Source: the human T2T-CHM13v2.0 reference genome, Homo sapiens. From it: a stretch of 64,000 bases of DNA. The stretch is from assembly GCF_009914755.1 (NCBI RefSeq), contig NC_060930.1; one strand, given 5' to 3'. A program made the position numbers and the translations under genes. Under the pieces are notes generated by a model. The model ran no database searches. It was not told the origin of the DNA and worked only from the letters and a program-made list of their open reading frames with translations. Below, piece by piece: positions 33,205 to 47,899 of this stretch. How positions within the stretch are numbered: position 1 is the first letter of the stretch; every line of letters starts with the position of its first letter.

Positions 33205-33540
33205 TGCCTTAGTTCATTTGGGTTTCTACAACAAAATGACATATTTTCTGTGGCTTATAAACAATTCTCATCTGGGTAATCTAAGGTCAAAGCACCAACA
33301 GAGTTTGTATCTGATGAGGCTCTGATTCCCACGAACAGCATATTTTCCCTGCATCCTTACATGGTGGAAGGGACTAGCTAGCTCTCTGGAATTTCTTTGA
33401 TAAAAGCACTAATCCCATTCATGAGGGCAGAGCCCTTATGACCTAATCACCTTCCAAACACCCCATCTTCTAATGCCATCACATTAGAGACTAGGTTTTA
33501 ATGTATAAATTGGGGGGATACAAATATTTAGACTATAGCA
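33205..33540 (-). mobile_element. MLT1A-type MaLR solo LTR, 5-bp TSD ccaca/tcaca
   Basis: TG..CA ends; ctaatcccattcatgagggcagagccc..atgacctaatcacct; gactatagca. Confidence 0.88.
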
Positions 33541-35863
33541 TCACATTAACAGAATAAAGGGTAAAAAAAAATCACATGATTATCTCAGTAGAGGCAAAAA
33601 ACATTTGACAAAAATTTAACATCCTTTTATAATTTAAAAAAACACTCAACATACTAGAAATAAAAGATATTACCTCAACATAATAAGGGTCATATATGAA
33701 AAGCCTATAGCTGACATCATACTCAATGATAAAAAACTGAAAGCTTTTCATTTAAGATCAGAAACAAGGTTAGAATGGTCACTCTCACCACTTTTATTCA
33801 ACATAGCACAGGTAGTCCTAGCTAGAGCATTTAGGCAGGAAAAAGGATTAAAAGGCATCCAACTTGTAAAGGGAGAAATAAAATTATCACTGTTTGCAGG
33901 ATACATGATATTATAAGTAGAAAATCATAGAGAGTCCACAAAATGCTGTTATAACTAAAACATAAATTCAACAAGGTTGCTGGATAGAAAATCTATATAT
34001 AAATATTAGTTGCACTTACATTCATTAACAATAAATAATTTTTAAAGGAAATTTTTTAAACATCTAATTTACAATAGTATGAAAAGGAATAGAATACTTA
34101 AGAATGAAGCTAACCAAGAAAGCAAAGACTTGTACATTAAAAAGTATAAAACATTCCTGAAATAAGTGAAAGGAGACAGAAATAAATGGGAACTATTTCA
34201 TGTTCATGGATTGGAATACATTGTTGAAATATCCATACCACTGAAAGCAATCTACAGATTTCAATGAAATCCCTAGCAAAATACCAATGGCATTTTGCAA
34301 AAATAGAAAAGTCAATCCTAAAATTTATATGGAATCACAAGGCAACTCAAACAGTCAAAATTATCTTTAGAAAGAACAAAGCTGGAAGCCTCACACTTTT
34401 GGAATTCAAAACATATTACAAACTGACAGCAATCAAAGCTCTAAGGAACTGGCATAAAGGCAGACAAATAGACCAAAGCAACAGAATAGAGAGCCCAGAA
34501 ATAGACCAGCCACATATGGTCAACTGACCTGTGGCAAGAGTACCAAGGATATAAAATGTGGAAATGATAGACAGCCTTTTCAACAAATAGTGCTATGAAA
34601 ACTGAATATTATATCCACATGTAACAGAATGAAATTGTACTCTTATCTTTCACCATACATAAAAATCAACTCAAAATGGATTAAAGACTTAAACATAAGA
34701 CCTGAGGCTATAAAACTATTAGAAGAAATTATAGGGAAAGAGCTTCAGGACATTGGGCTTGGCAATGCTTTGCTGAATATGACAGCAAAAGAACAGGCAG
34801 CAAAAGAAAAATAGATACGTGAGATTTCATCAAACTAAAAAGTTTCTGCACTGCAAAGGTAACAATTAACAAAGTGAAAAGGCAACCTATGAAATGGGAA
34901 AAATATTTGCAAACTCCATATCTGATAAGGGTTTGTTATCCAATATATATAAGAAATTCCAAAAACTCGATAACAATAATAATAACCTGACTAAAATATC
35001 AGCAAAGGACTTGAACAGACATTTTTCCAAAGAAAGCATACAAATGGCCAACTGATAGATAAAAGCATGCTAACATTGCTAATCATCAGAGAAACGCAGA
35101 TCAAACCCACAAGATACTGGCTTACACCTATTAGATTTGTTATTATGAAAAAATAGAGATAAGTATTGTCAAGAATGTGGAAAACAGGGAACTCCTGGTA
35201 CACTGTTGGTGGAAATGTAAAATGATGAAGCCACTATGGAAAACAGTATGGAAGTTATTTAAAAAACTAAAAAATGTAACTACCATATGATCCAGCAACC
35301 ATACTGCTGGATATATAGCTAAAAGAACTGAAATAAGTATCTCTTCAAGTATACTTCCATGTTTTTATAGCACTATTCACAATAGCCAAGATGTGGATAC
35401 AACCTAAATATCCATCAAAGGATGAATGGATTTAAAACATGTGATATATGCATATAATTGTATGCGACTACGTAAAGTATACACATTATTCAGCCTTAAA
35501 AAAGAAGGAAATCCTGCCATATGTGACAACATGGATGAACTTTGAGGGCATTATGTTAAGTGAAATTAGCCAAACACAGAAGGACACATAACGTGTAATT
35601 CCATTTATATGAGTTATCTAAGGTAGTCAAAATCATAGAAGTGGGAAGTAGAATGGCAATTGCCAAGGACTAACTAGTGGGAAGGAATAATGAGGAATTG
35701 CTGTTCAATGGGTATATAATTTTGGTCATGCAAAACAAAAAATAATTTCCGTAGATCTTCTATATAACAATGTGCCTTTAATTATTAACAATAGTGTAGT
35801 CTAGTCTTAAAAATTTGTTAAGAGGGCAGATCTCATGTTACATATTTTTATCTAATAAAAAAA

Positions 35864-35992
35864 CTAGTTCCAGCTACTGGGGAGGTTGAGGCAGGAGACT
35901 CACTCGAGCCTGGGAGGCAGAGGTTGCAGTGAGCCAAGATGGCACTCCAGCCTGTGAGACTCTGCCTCAAAAAAAAAAAAAAAAAAAAAAAA
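35864..35992 (+). mobile_element. 5'-truncated Alu (right monomer) at the L1 tail
   Basis: cagctact.gggagg.tgaggcaggaga...gaggttgcagtgagccaagat plus A-tail. Confidence 0.88.
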
Positions 35993-37911
35993 CCGATCTT
36001 AAAATAAAACAAAAATTTACCAGTTTCCTTTGAATTTCATGCTTAGAATACGTAGGAAGAAAAACAAGAACTATTTAAAAAATGTTTAAATCCAGCAAAA
36101 AGAAAGAAAAGAAATATCTATCATGCAGTGAGATATATGGTTGTAAAACCACATCCCTTGGTATACTGCATCTCTTAAAATGGTGGTTATTTGTATATGA
36201 CTAAATAACAATCATTTTTGGTTATCAAACTTTAAACTTAATACTAGAAAAGTAATTTTCACTTTCTTTCTATAATTACACTTGTCTAGACAGATTACTC
36301 AGAATCTGAAATCCTTCTGTAGCTAGAGATTGTAGATTTCTCATCTGACAGGCAAATTTGACTTTACATTTTCTATTAGTTGAGATCTTCATATGTCATT
36401 AACCTTTTTATCCCCACACTTAACTTTTTAAATAAAACTAAAATTCGGAAGTAACAATACCAAACCACAAACCTGTAGAAAAGAGTACTTTTCAACCTTT
36501 CTCTTGCATACGTTGTTTGTCTGCAACATAGAGAATTTAAGAATGCAGATTAAGGATTTAAAATTACATTTCAGGTATCTGTTGATAAAATACAGTATGC
36601 TGTAACTTTATTATATTTAGTAGAAACTATTACTGACCTGGGGTCTTTCCCTCTTGATTAGATAATTTAAAAGATACAAGTAGGGTTGAGGTACAGGCCA
36701 TATCATGTCAAATGGTAGTTATTCATACACAAGTTCTACCTATGCAGGTTATCCAGAGACCAAGTTGAAGGGACCAACTACCAGGTGAGTGAGTTAGGAG
36801 TAGTAAATTTTTTTGTTTCAATGGGGAGGCTCATCTAGGTTATATTAAGTAGTGCTAGTCTAGTGTAAGATCATAGAAAGGAATGTTTCAGCCATTTCTT
36901 ACAGGAGTCCTGGAAAAATTGAACAATCCAGTCAGAATTGAAGGACAACAAAGTGCATAGAGCTAGGGTGATCTAACAGCAACTGGAACTCGGAAGTTTG
37001 ACAACTAGGTTACCTTGCCATCCTTCAGCAAGCAGCCGTCTGATGAACTTGACTCTGGAACTCTTTATACCTCTCAGCCATTTGGGAATGTACAGTTTTC
37101 TGTTTTCTGCTTTCTCATCTATAACATTATTACCTCACTTCTCCAGTTCAGCTTTATACAAAAATGGCTCTGGTTATCCAGGGGATTAGCATCTTCCACT
37201 TTAAAGAGAGCCTTGAAAGATGTCATAAGGTACTGTTTAATAGAGAGGGTCACCTAGGGACAAGTTCCAAGCCCCTGGATCCAAAAGTTGGAGTCAGAGT
37301 GTGAGCTTTGTTACGTGGAAGAAGTCCCTTAAAGATGACTGTGGGTGAGAACTGTGAGAAAAACAACACGGCTGGGCGAGTGGCAGGCATTGTCATCAAC
37401 ACTTGGGCAAAGACCAAGTAGGAAAGACAATATGGTGAGAAAAGACTTTATAGCCAATAAATGAGCATGTCATACTGAAGGAGCTGTAGAAAAGAACAGA
37501 TGGGAGTCTGGTGTTAAAAAAATCAAGGGTCAACTGAGAAAGAGAGGGGGAAAAAAAGTAAAGATGAAAATAAATGCTACAGGTTGAAGGCTAATTGGTA
37601 TGACTCCCCTAGCACTAGGCTCCATCTGCCTATTTTTCCTATGTATATATTTTGGACTTTTTAATGTATCCACTGCAGAAAGAACCAAAATATTGGAATC
37701 TAAATTAGGTTTACCCACTCATCTATGGATGGTAAACATGACAGTGTGAGCACAACCTCAATTATTATTTACATGCTCAGAATGTAATTGGTTCCAATAA
37801 AAGTTTTAGTCTAGGACCCACTTCCAGCTTTTAACTGGGTTTACTCTGGTAGTATGGGTAATTGTGAAGGGGATTGCTGGGAGGAGGTAGAGATTATTCC
37901 TTTTATTATTT

Positions 37912-37980
37912 ATATATTCATTAAATAGTGACATGTAAATATGAAATATATTCATTAAATAGTGACATATGTAAATATGA
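37912..37980. repeat. Two-copy ~34-bp tandem duplication
   Basis: atatattcattaaatagtgacat(at)gtaaatatga twice. Confidence 0.9.
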
Positions 37981-40900
37981 TTTTTTAGTGTTTTAAATTT
38001 TTTTTCAAGTAATTAAAAAAAAAACTCACAAGAGTTTAACTAGTAGCCTTTCTGGATATGGGTATAATTTCTGAGTATATATTTACATATGAATATTTAA
38101 TATTTACATTACTTTGAGCATAAATACTATGGCTGAATATGGAAGTTTTTCCTCTACCATGTGAGGAAAAAAACATATGCCATTGCTATGAATATAAAGG
38201 TCAGAAAAAGGAAGAAGAAATACAACATTGTCAATGAAAGATGAAAAGAGAGGAAGAAAATGTATCAAGTTCATTTAAATACAAACAGGCTTTATATAAA
38301 TCCTTGTAATACATTATTTTAAAGATTGTTGAAATGAGGAAAATAATATACTTATATTTTTACATTTTAAATGTTTTAATCCTTTTTATAATCAAGAAAA
38401 AATATGGAACCAAATTACAGTTCTTAATGGAGTTTGAGGAAATACATACTTCGTTAATTTTATGCTATTTTAGTGGCCTAATTCTTAGGCATATACAAAT
38501 GTGCATATTATAAGCTAATTTGAACGGGGTTCTGAAAATAGCTAACTACAACCCTAGTGAAATTATAAATTGTTTTACTTGAATAATTGCTTTGAAAAGA
38601 TCAATTTTTCTTTTCTATTTTCATTTAGTCAAAATGTATTATTTAATGTTGGACCACACCTAAACTCAACACTGAGGAGATAATTAAGTTTTATTAAGTA
38701 AAAGGAAGGACATAGCCAAAAATATTTTTTCTTAGAGCTGAAACAAAATTTTAAGAATTAGCAGATAATTGCTGTGTTCCTAAGAAAAATACACTCATTG
38801 TTCCTCCTAAATATCAAGTTATTTATAGAACAGATTCTTATTATTAACATTTATAATAACTGATAAAAGATTATTCAATTTATAAATACCATTTGGAGAC
38901 ATCACATTTACATTTAACTCAATAAGTTTTCATGAAGAAATGCTCTTATTACTTAAATCTTATATAAAATCATTATACATGATTATTAAAAGCTGCATGT
39001 TTACAAAACAATACAAAAGAGCATAGCAAAGATGAGACAAAAAGATGAATTACCACTTTAGTCTAGCAATTCTGAGACTTAAAAGACTGATAACAATCTT
39101 CTTTCTAATGCTAAAACACTAAAAAGGAGAGAGAAAGAAATTTGGTTCTGCCTTCTCCCCAGCTCTCCTCTCCCTAAAAATGGCCTCTGATTAGAATGAT
39201 TGTGAATTTGTGGCTGAAAATCACACTGAAAAATATAAACCTTTCTATCTACCTTCTAAAATGATTAACTCAAATACAATTCAGGTCATCTAGCAGGCAT
39301 AACCCACTTCCAGGTAGTAGAAAACGTTGAGAAATAAGAGCAAAAAGAACAGACACCATAGCGGAGGAGGAGTGAGTATTTTGGAGAGGCACTACTTGAT
39401 TAACAATTATTTTGTAACAGCAGAGTCTCCAACTATCTGGGTGGCTTTTGCTATTGCATGGTCCAGAGGAAGCCTGGAATTCCAGTGAGTCTGGAAACAT
39501 AAAGAGGAATGCCTAAGAAAAAGCCAGTAACTGGAGTGAGAGTGGACAAGATAAAGGGTTTTCTAAGGACCCCACAGAAAATTTGGAGACTCTTCCACCA
39601 ACTCTCACTGTTCATGTGTTCTAGTTCCCTTGAATGTCACTAAACAGGCTTAGTTAAAATATTTAGCATCAAATTTTATTCATTGGCCCTGATATCTGAC
39701 TAAGCATCACATGGGCATTGAATAAACCAACACATCCTTCTCTCATAGTCAAATTCCTATGAAAGTATCATATAGAAAGTTGTGAATGCTCAGACAGAAA
39801 ACAGATTATTTGTACCCAGATTCTACATTTTATGCACATCTGAAGATATAAGAGTGAGATCACATGAAAACAATTAAGCAGCTCACAGCCACAGAGTTTA
39901 TCAAAGTCTCTTGTCAGAAGCAGCACCCGGGCAACACACCATCATCCCCCTCAGACACGGGCCTCTAAAACATGAGCTCTGCCTTCTGGGATCAGTGCAC
40001 ATAGACCAGGTGTCAATATCTCTTATGTACACATCTCTCTTTTCAGAGAGCTGCAGTTACCTCCCCCACCTGAGAGGAGGTGTCATCCCCAGCCAAAGGC
40101 AACTCTTATGAAGACTGACTGCTCCCTAATCCTTGGTAATAGCTGCATGGAATTTTTTTGGCAACTGTCTGGCCAGCATAATTCACCAAGCTGCCCACAT
40201 ATACTCTTGCTGTCAGTCAGCATCAAGAGATAAACATTTCTCATGCTCTCTGATCTCTTTTCTCTTCATCATTACACACATATTATTCTCCTTTTCCCCT
40301 TCTCTGAACAAATTAGTTCCTTTATTCTCCAATTTCAAGTTTCATGTCATGATATAAAAACCCTCTTGTTCCCAGTCTTCATCAAATATTTGTTTCACCA
40401 TTGTGTCCTAATTGAACCCAGCTTCTCCACAGCTTCAGAACAAAAACTCCTGTAGCCCACTAGTTTCAGAGAAAAGAAGCAAAACCTATTCTCTACCAGT
40501 GCTATCCCCAGCCCTTACTTATCCACATTCTTATAAAAACAGCTCATCCCTAGAAGCCCTTGCCTTTCAGCTGTCCCAGAGGGCCTTGGCTCTCCCTAAT
40601 GAAGATTTACAGACCAGAAAAATAGTCTGTCTCTTCATGCTGGTAGCTGCAATAATACTGAATGACTATGGTGTCCCTTGGAACGGCTAATCTCATCACT
40701 TTCCTTCTTGCATCCTTGATCTCCCCACCTCTAATAAACTTAATCTCTGGTCTGCACTGACTACCCACTCACATGGCAACAGCAAAACCTGGCTAAAATC
40801 CAGAACTGCTTGATCTCTGAGAAATTAAGTTCAATGATCCCACTCTCACTATAATGTAACTCTCACATAGTTTTTTCCACTATATCTATTTTTCAAACCC

Positions 40901-42734
40901 CTAAGACTCAAAACCTTATTTCTTCTAGTTTTCCCAAACCCACCAAAAACTTTCCAGCTTCCCTTCCTTCCTCTGGTTTGAGTTGTGTGACTCATCTTTT
41001 CAGAATGCTGTCTCCAAAATCCAACTTCATTACCCCATTACCTTCTATTGTTCTAGGCCGGAAACATCAAAAACTTGAATCAACTCAAATGTCTGTTATT
41101 ACCAGAAAAATCACACAACCATACAGATTAATGTCACTAATTCATTGTTTCTAGCTTCAACAGCAGTCTCCCTCTCTAATTACTATTCTCTCCCCTATTT
41201 ATTGTCGAAACTTTTTCTGTGCTAAGAGATGTGATCCTGACCATCCTCCTTTACAATTTCAGCATTTGACCCTGCTTTCCACTACACAGAGAAAACAGAA
41301 GTCCACCACATTCTTGCCTCCTTTTCTCTCTATTTACATTTAAGAACTGCCCCCTCTCCAATCTAAAATTAGTACTCTTCTTGTGAATCTTCAGTTTCTC
41401 CCTTTTCCTGCCCATGAGCATGAAAACCTGATCAAGCCTACCACATAAAAGGGGGGAGGACATATACCTTAATATACCTCTGTAACCCTATTTTAAAAGA
41501 AAAATATCCCCAGAAATACATTTATACTTCACTGCCCCACTGCCCTTGTATTTTTCATTTAGCTTCCAAACACAAACCCATCCACTACTCTGAAGAATGT
41601 AAAATGGCTCCCAAGAATGGCTTTTCAAGACTAAATCCACCAGAATTCTCCATTTCTTACTTGACCTCTTAGTGGCTGTTAGCACTTTCGACCCTTAATT
41701 TCTTCAGCATATTCTCTCAATTTCTAGGACAACATGCTCTCCCATTTTATTACCTTCCTCTTCTTTACTGCTCCTTAGTATTTCTTAGACTTTTCTTACT
41801 CTGCTCATGATTTGGTGACCTTCAGGTTCTTGTTCTATGTCTGCTTCAACATTACCATTTTCTTTTGTTTTAGTGATGTGATCTCTTCCAGATCCATAGC
41901 TTTAATTAACTATATACTGATAACTCCCAAAGAGATATTCTAAGGCTTCATCTCCTTTCAGACCTCCTTATCTTTATAAACAACTTTCTATTGCTTCACT
42001 CACAATCATCAAACACACCAAATACAGTTAAGTCTAAAACTGAACATCTCTTCCCATTTGTGTTTCATTTTTTTTTTTTTTTTTGGTAATTCTTTGTAAG
42101 AATTTACCAAAAGGCTCAATCTTGAAATCTAGTCATAATCTTTAGCTCTTCTTTCTCATCCTTAACCCATATTTAATCAGTAACCAATGGTTCTATCACC
42201 TGGATATCACCGGAATTTATGTGCTTACACCCTAGTTCAGGCCTCATTACTTATTCCATAGATTACTGGCCGACTACTACACTGGTAACTGATTACCTCT
42301 TCAATGTATACCCTGCACTGCAAACCAAGTACTATTTATAAAATGAAAATCTGATACCAGCACTCCTTTTCCTAAAATGCTTAAGTGCTCCTCAGGATCT
42401 TCTGGATAAACCCAAGCTCCATAATGCTACTCATGGCTCTTCCTTAAATGGCACTCCTTACCATTTCAGAAGCATGTCTTATCTACCCCTCCACAACCAT
42501 ATTGCTATGCTGTATCTGAGCAAAGATAAACTACTTTCTTTCTTCAGATTATAACAGTTCCCATGCCCCTTGTCTCCAAATAAGATTCCAAAAATAGAAG
42601 GTGTGACCTATCACCTGATTACTTTTTTCTTAACCTTGGATTTGAAACTATTTATACCAGAATTCACCACTGAGCATTCATCCCATGGATACCTAAATCC
42701 AGGTTAATGCATTAAGGTACTAGTCCTATTTATT

Positions 42735-43027
42735 TAAATTTATTTACTTATTTTGAGACAGAGTTTTGCTCTTATTGCCCTGGTTGGAGGGCAATGGCAC
42801 CATCTTGGCTTACCACAAACTCCACCTCCTGGGTTCACGCGATTCTCCTGCCTCAGCCTCCTGAGTAGCTGGGATTACAGGCATACACCACCACGCCTGG
42901 CTAATTTTGTATTTTTAGTAGAGACGGGGTTTCTCCTGGCTGGTCTTGAACTCCCGACCTCAGGTGATCTGCCCACCTCAGCCTCCCAAAATGCTGGGAT
43001 TACAGGTGTGAGCCACCATGCCCAGCC
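42735..43027 (-). mobile_element. AluSp-like, TSD TAGTCCTATTTATT
   Basis: gctcttattgcc, gcaatggc, aattttgtatt, tttctcc, cccgacctc; TSD 42721-42734 / 43028-43041. Confidence 0.92.
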
Positions 43028-43063
43028 TAGTCCTATTTATTCCATAGTATACTATTTAGAGGG

Positions 43064-43082
43064 ATATATATATATGTGTGTG

Positions 43083-43140
<58 letters not shown>
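43064..43140. repeat. (TA)n(TG)n(TA)n(GA)n compound microsatellite
   Basis: directly visible. Confidence 0.96.
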
Positions 43141-43143
<3 letters not shown>

Positions 43144-43321
43144 ACACTCTATAATTGTTTCACCATAGTATGTATTTCTCATGAAGTCACTTGCTTGTTT
43201 GTTTCAGTCACCTAATGTGATTGCAAGTTTCTGAAAGATGCCATACATGTCTGTCATATTTATCTCCATATGCTAGCAATTAGCACCTATGATAAATTAT
43301 TGCTTATTGAAAGTGTAAATG

Positions 43322-43742
43322 TGTGGAAGCTAAAGCACCTCCATCTTGGAAGCGAATCTGCCATGATGATTTAACTGATTAACCCCAGTTCTGGAAATGT
43401 CTCTAAGATTTCGAGTTTATCTATTGTTCCTTGTGTAAGAGCAGGTACTCACCATAGATCTTTCCCTTAGGTCAAACAACATCGATGTTATCATACTTCA
43501 GTTATCCTACAAATCCCATCTGAACCACTCCTTTACCTATGGTATAAAGCCCTGACTCTGGAGCATATTGGTGCAGGGATCCACCATCTTGTCTCACTGC
43601 CACGTGAGACATACATGTGGCTTCTGTTCATAAGTCCCAATTAAATGCTTTTAAGAAACTGGATTTGTCAGCCTCTTTCTTCAGCCTCACAGCTTCCTTG
43701 GACCTTGGGGTAGGTTTAAACAGTCCTGCCTATCTTGAAACA
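43322..43742 (+). mobile_element. Solo ERVL LTR, LTR47A-like, 5-bp TSD AAATG/AAACG
   Basis: tgtggaagctaaagcacctccatcttgg start; TATA ggtataaagc; attaaa; CA end. Confidence 0.82.
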
Positions 43743-44059
43743 AAACGAATTAGTGGATAAATTAATTAATTAACTCAAGAGACAAATTCTGATTGTTTGG
43801 CAAGGTGATATCCAGCAGACTATCTGGACTGCTGCCCAGGTGATGGATGATTTTGGCTCAGTTGTCCATTGCCAGTTCAAACATCTGTGTCAAAAGTAAT
43901 GAGATCATGTGATACAAGCAGGCAAATTAAGCTCGAAGAGTCACCAGAAGAAAGCAATAGGCCTAAATAGTGTTCACATTTAAAAGCTTCTTAAAAGAGG
44001 ACAATACAACTTACAAGTACTTCGCTTTCTCTGCCAAATGCATAGAGGCCTGCCAAATG

Positions 44060-44310
44060 AACTGAGGCCTCCATCTAGAAGTCCATTTCTCTAAGAAGCT
44101 CTTTTTGATCTCCATTCCCCAAATTACAAGAGGATAGCTCTCATGGAGGTTTTATGTCTTTTTGTTTATACCTACGTCATGAGCTGTTTAGGAGAATAGA
44201 TTTAAACTTGATTTCTCAGTGCCTGGTACTGTTTCTGAATAATAGTAGATTAATAGAGTAGTTTAATGAATTCCTGTTGAATGAAGAAATACATGCTTAC
44301 ATGAATAAAG
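44060..44310 (+). mobile_element. L2 3' end
   Basis: ctcagtgcctggtac...aatagtag...tgttgaatgaa. Confidence 0.55.
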
Positions 44311-46923
44311 AAACAACTCCCTAACTCAAATTTCATGAAAAGCTTAAAAGGTCTCAATAAATTTATTTTTTAATATTTTTAAAATAAATTTAAATACACA
44401 TACATCTAGAGGATAGGCAGGTGACCATTTTACTGGTCCATTGACAAACTTAATTTTTCAAAACATAGAGGAGTCTCCTGATTATTTTTATTGCTATAAT
44501 CAACTGCTTGAATATAATCAGTTTGATTTTCAGCATGGTGCACTGCACAGAATAAGCGTAAGACATTCTTATTGTGTTAAATTAATTGAATGGTGGAACT
44601 GCATTGAATTTGATTTAGATACGTCATTCTCACCCACATGAGATTACTGAAGAAGACTAAATCATAATATGCTGGGGCTTTCTTATCCTATTAATTGATC
44701 TAGTTCATAAATCAATAACAAAAATTAACATTACTTGTACTGGAATCCAAACCCTACACACCTTTTATTTTTGACATATTAATAAACTAAAGGAATTCCC
44801 TTCCCCTATAAAAAAAATTATTAGTGAATTAATAGCTCAAGTCTCTGTTATTTCTTGAAATTGTAAACCAAAATGAGAATGAATAATGATTCTTCAGAAT
44901 CAACCCGAAATAGTAATTGTTTTTTGGAGTACCTCGTTATTCCTCAACAAACTGATAAGAGTTTTCATGTACCACAGTATCACTAATGTATTAAAGAATA
45001 TGGCTTTCCAATTTAAAGATAGTTGGTGACAGATGGTCAGAATCTTTATTTTTAATCTTAGTGGACCATAACGTATAAAAACTGAACTGTACGTAAACTT
45101 TTTCTTTTTTACCCAGTAGCAGAAAGGTTCATGAGGAACAGATGTCTGTTTCTCCTGATTAAAGTAAAAGACATCTCTGAACACTTTTTGAAATCCATTT
45201 TATATGAAAATGTTCTAAGAATATAATATTGGATATGCTTAATGGATTCTTCAATATCAACACTTGTACAGAACTTACTCTTCTAAATATCCTTAAATAT
45301 AATCCATTTTCTATAAAATAAATCCTGTGAAATAAAGATGCCAAATGGTGTGAGGTTCTCTTTTATCCACCTTTTCCTTGTAATTATTACCCAGTGTTTA
45401 CAACCTGGAGAGCTTTTGAAATGCAGGTTAGGATCTAACTAAAGAAGCCAGTTCTGCTATTTGAAATACTGCTACTTCTTGATAAATAGTCTATTATTTT
45501 ATCCCCCTCTACATTTGCCACAATGCCACTATCATTTATCAGAACTATAATCATTGTTTTCTATCCTGGAATCCCTCTTTTCTCTCAGTTTCAAAGAGCA
45601 ATAGTTAGCAATTATATTTTCCAACAGGGATTTGAAATGGTCATTACTGCTCTAAGACTGTAAGACTACCTGGAAGTGCCTGACTCCCCTGAGAGATGGC
45701 CTGTAGACAGGTCTCCCCAAATTCCTGAGAGATAACAAATCTGCTTACCTGGTCCATTTCTGCTCAGACCTTCAGTGCTGTTAAATTATTCATGTTCCCC
45801 ACGTAACTCTGAGGATGATGCCATAAAACTTTAAGCTGTACTTCTCGGAGACAGAGCCCTGTTCTTATTGTACTTTAGACGAAATTTTGGAAAGAACTGG
45901 CTATGCAGTTGCCACTGCCTCAATTTTCACTCCATGCTTTCAAAACTGGACCCTTGCCCTATTTCCTTCCTATTGGACCCCTTTTAGTTCTCAAAATCCA
46001 GCACAGAAATGATTTTTCGGTTAATGCCCTCTCCAGTATTGTCATGTCTATCCTGATTTCCACCTTTGACTCTGCTATTCCCTCCAATTCCTCCTCATCT
46101 TAGAAACAGGCCCCCTTTGCTCCCAGCATACCACGTGGCAGTAAATCTAACATACTCATGGGAGCTTGAATTGACTGGAAAAAGTGGAAGTTTTGCTTCA
46201 GATTATTTTTAAATTCCCAATAATTTTATAATTGTATTATATCCTTGATAACTTTTGTGAACTTGATTTATTTTTAAGATACTGATAAACACAAAAATTG
46301 AATTATTTGCCTTGCCGTGATTTCTCAGTGTGTCCATATATGTTTCAAGGGGCATAATTATACATTTCAATTTTGTCTGACTTCTTACTGCATATATAGA
46401 CAGAGCCTATTGGAATGGTAGTTCAATTCCATTCATAAAATGGACATTCATAAAATGTTCTGTAAATATTTTTGTGAATTAATATACCATTTTTTTTTGA
46501 AATCAAGATCATACGGAATATAAGATATCTAAAAGAAGGAAAAATAAAACTAGCTGAAAGGTCATGATTTATCCCTATAAGGATGATAATCCCTGTCAGG
46601 AAGTATAATTACGATCTTATGCAAGATCATAATTTTAGTTTGAAAATAAGCCTTCTTCTCACTCTGAGGCCTGTTTTGCTTTTGGTGTTCTGCAGTAATA
46701 CACAGCAACAAAGCGACACTGTTCTCATAACCTCAGCTTTCAGTTTGGACCTCCTTAGCATTCTTCAGACAGAATAATGTCAAGGTAAAAATCAAAGCTT
46801 TGGCTTAATTCTCACAAGTACAAGTACTAACAACTACATTATAACTTGTTCATCTATCTTGAGAATGTCAAGTTTTTTTGACATCAATTTAACTACCATT
46901 CCAACTTCGGAAATGCAGAAATG

Positions 46924-46924
<1 letters not shown>

Positions 46925-46972
<48 letters not shown>
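46925..46972. repeat. (CA)n microsatellite
   Basis: directly visible. Confidence 0.97.
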
Positions 46973-46976
<4 letters not shown>

Positions 46977-47418
46977 CTGTTTTATAGTACAGGAAATATA
47001 GAAATGTATTTGTGCCTAAATCTCCTACATATTAATGAGCTTAAACTTTTCTTTTTTCCCCACAGTAAACAAGCTCCTTACATACTTCTCAACACAATGT
47101 GTTCTTTTCAGGAGCATCAAGGCAGCTAAAGAGCAGGCAGTAAAGCCCATTCATTTTAAATACTAAAAGGAATTCAGTACTTTATTCAATATACTTCGGT
47201 ATGTTTGTCACTTGTGTACTCACTGGCATCACTGTGAAATTAATTGAAGATTCCCTTCAGTTTCTCATTGCATAAAACTATATGTGGGGGAAATGGCTCT
47301 ATCTATACATGCAGTAAAAAGTGAGAATTTGACAAAATTAAAATGTGTAATTATACCCTAGGAAAAAATACAGTCATAAAATGAAATATCAAGATATCAA
47401 GGTGAGTGAGGCAAAGAA

Positions 47419-47725
<307 letters not shown>

Positions 47726-47899
47726 AGTTTTTTTTAAACTTCACTTTGTGTGCTTTTTTAATGCCTTAAGAATAAGTCAAATTCACACAAGATAACGTGA
47801 TTCTCACACAATGCCAGGACGATTATTATTTGTTACCATTATTTTACGGAAGTTCATTTTAAAGACCATATATGGAAATATAAACAAAGCAAAGTGACC

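Larger units (their letters stand above)
40690..43315 (+). mobile_element. Long L2 relic (ORF2 remnants to 3' end), interrupted by Alu and microsatellite
   Basis: CT-rich strand with cttacttgacctct, tatactgataactcccaaa, ctagttcaggcctcatta, aaaatgaaaatctgat, which are L2 hallmarks. Confidence 0.7.

Noticed and set aside
36800-37490. Possible old LTR
   Set aside because: Composition is suggestive but I could not identify termini or family
42753-43154. 133-aa ORF and similar Alu-derived ORFs (6821, 23381, 25126, 47546, 59792)
   Set aside because: Standard Alu and microsatellite translation artefacts
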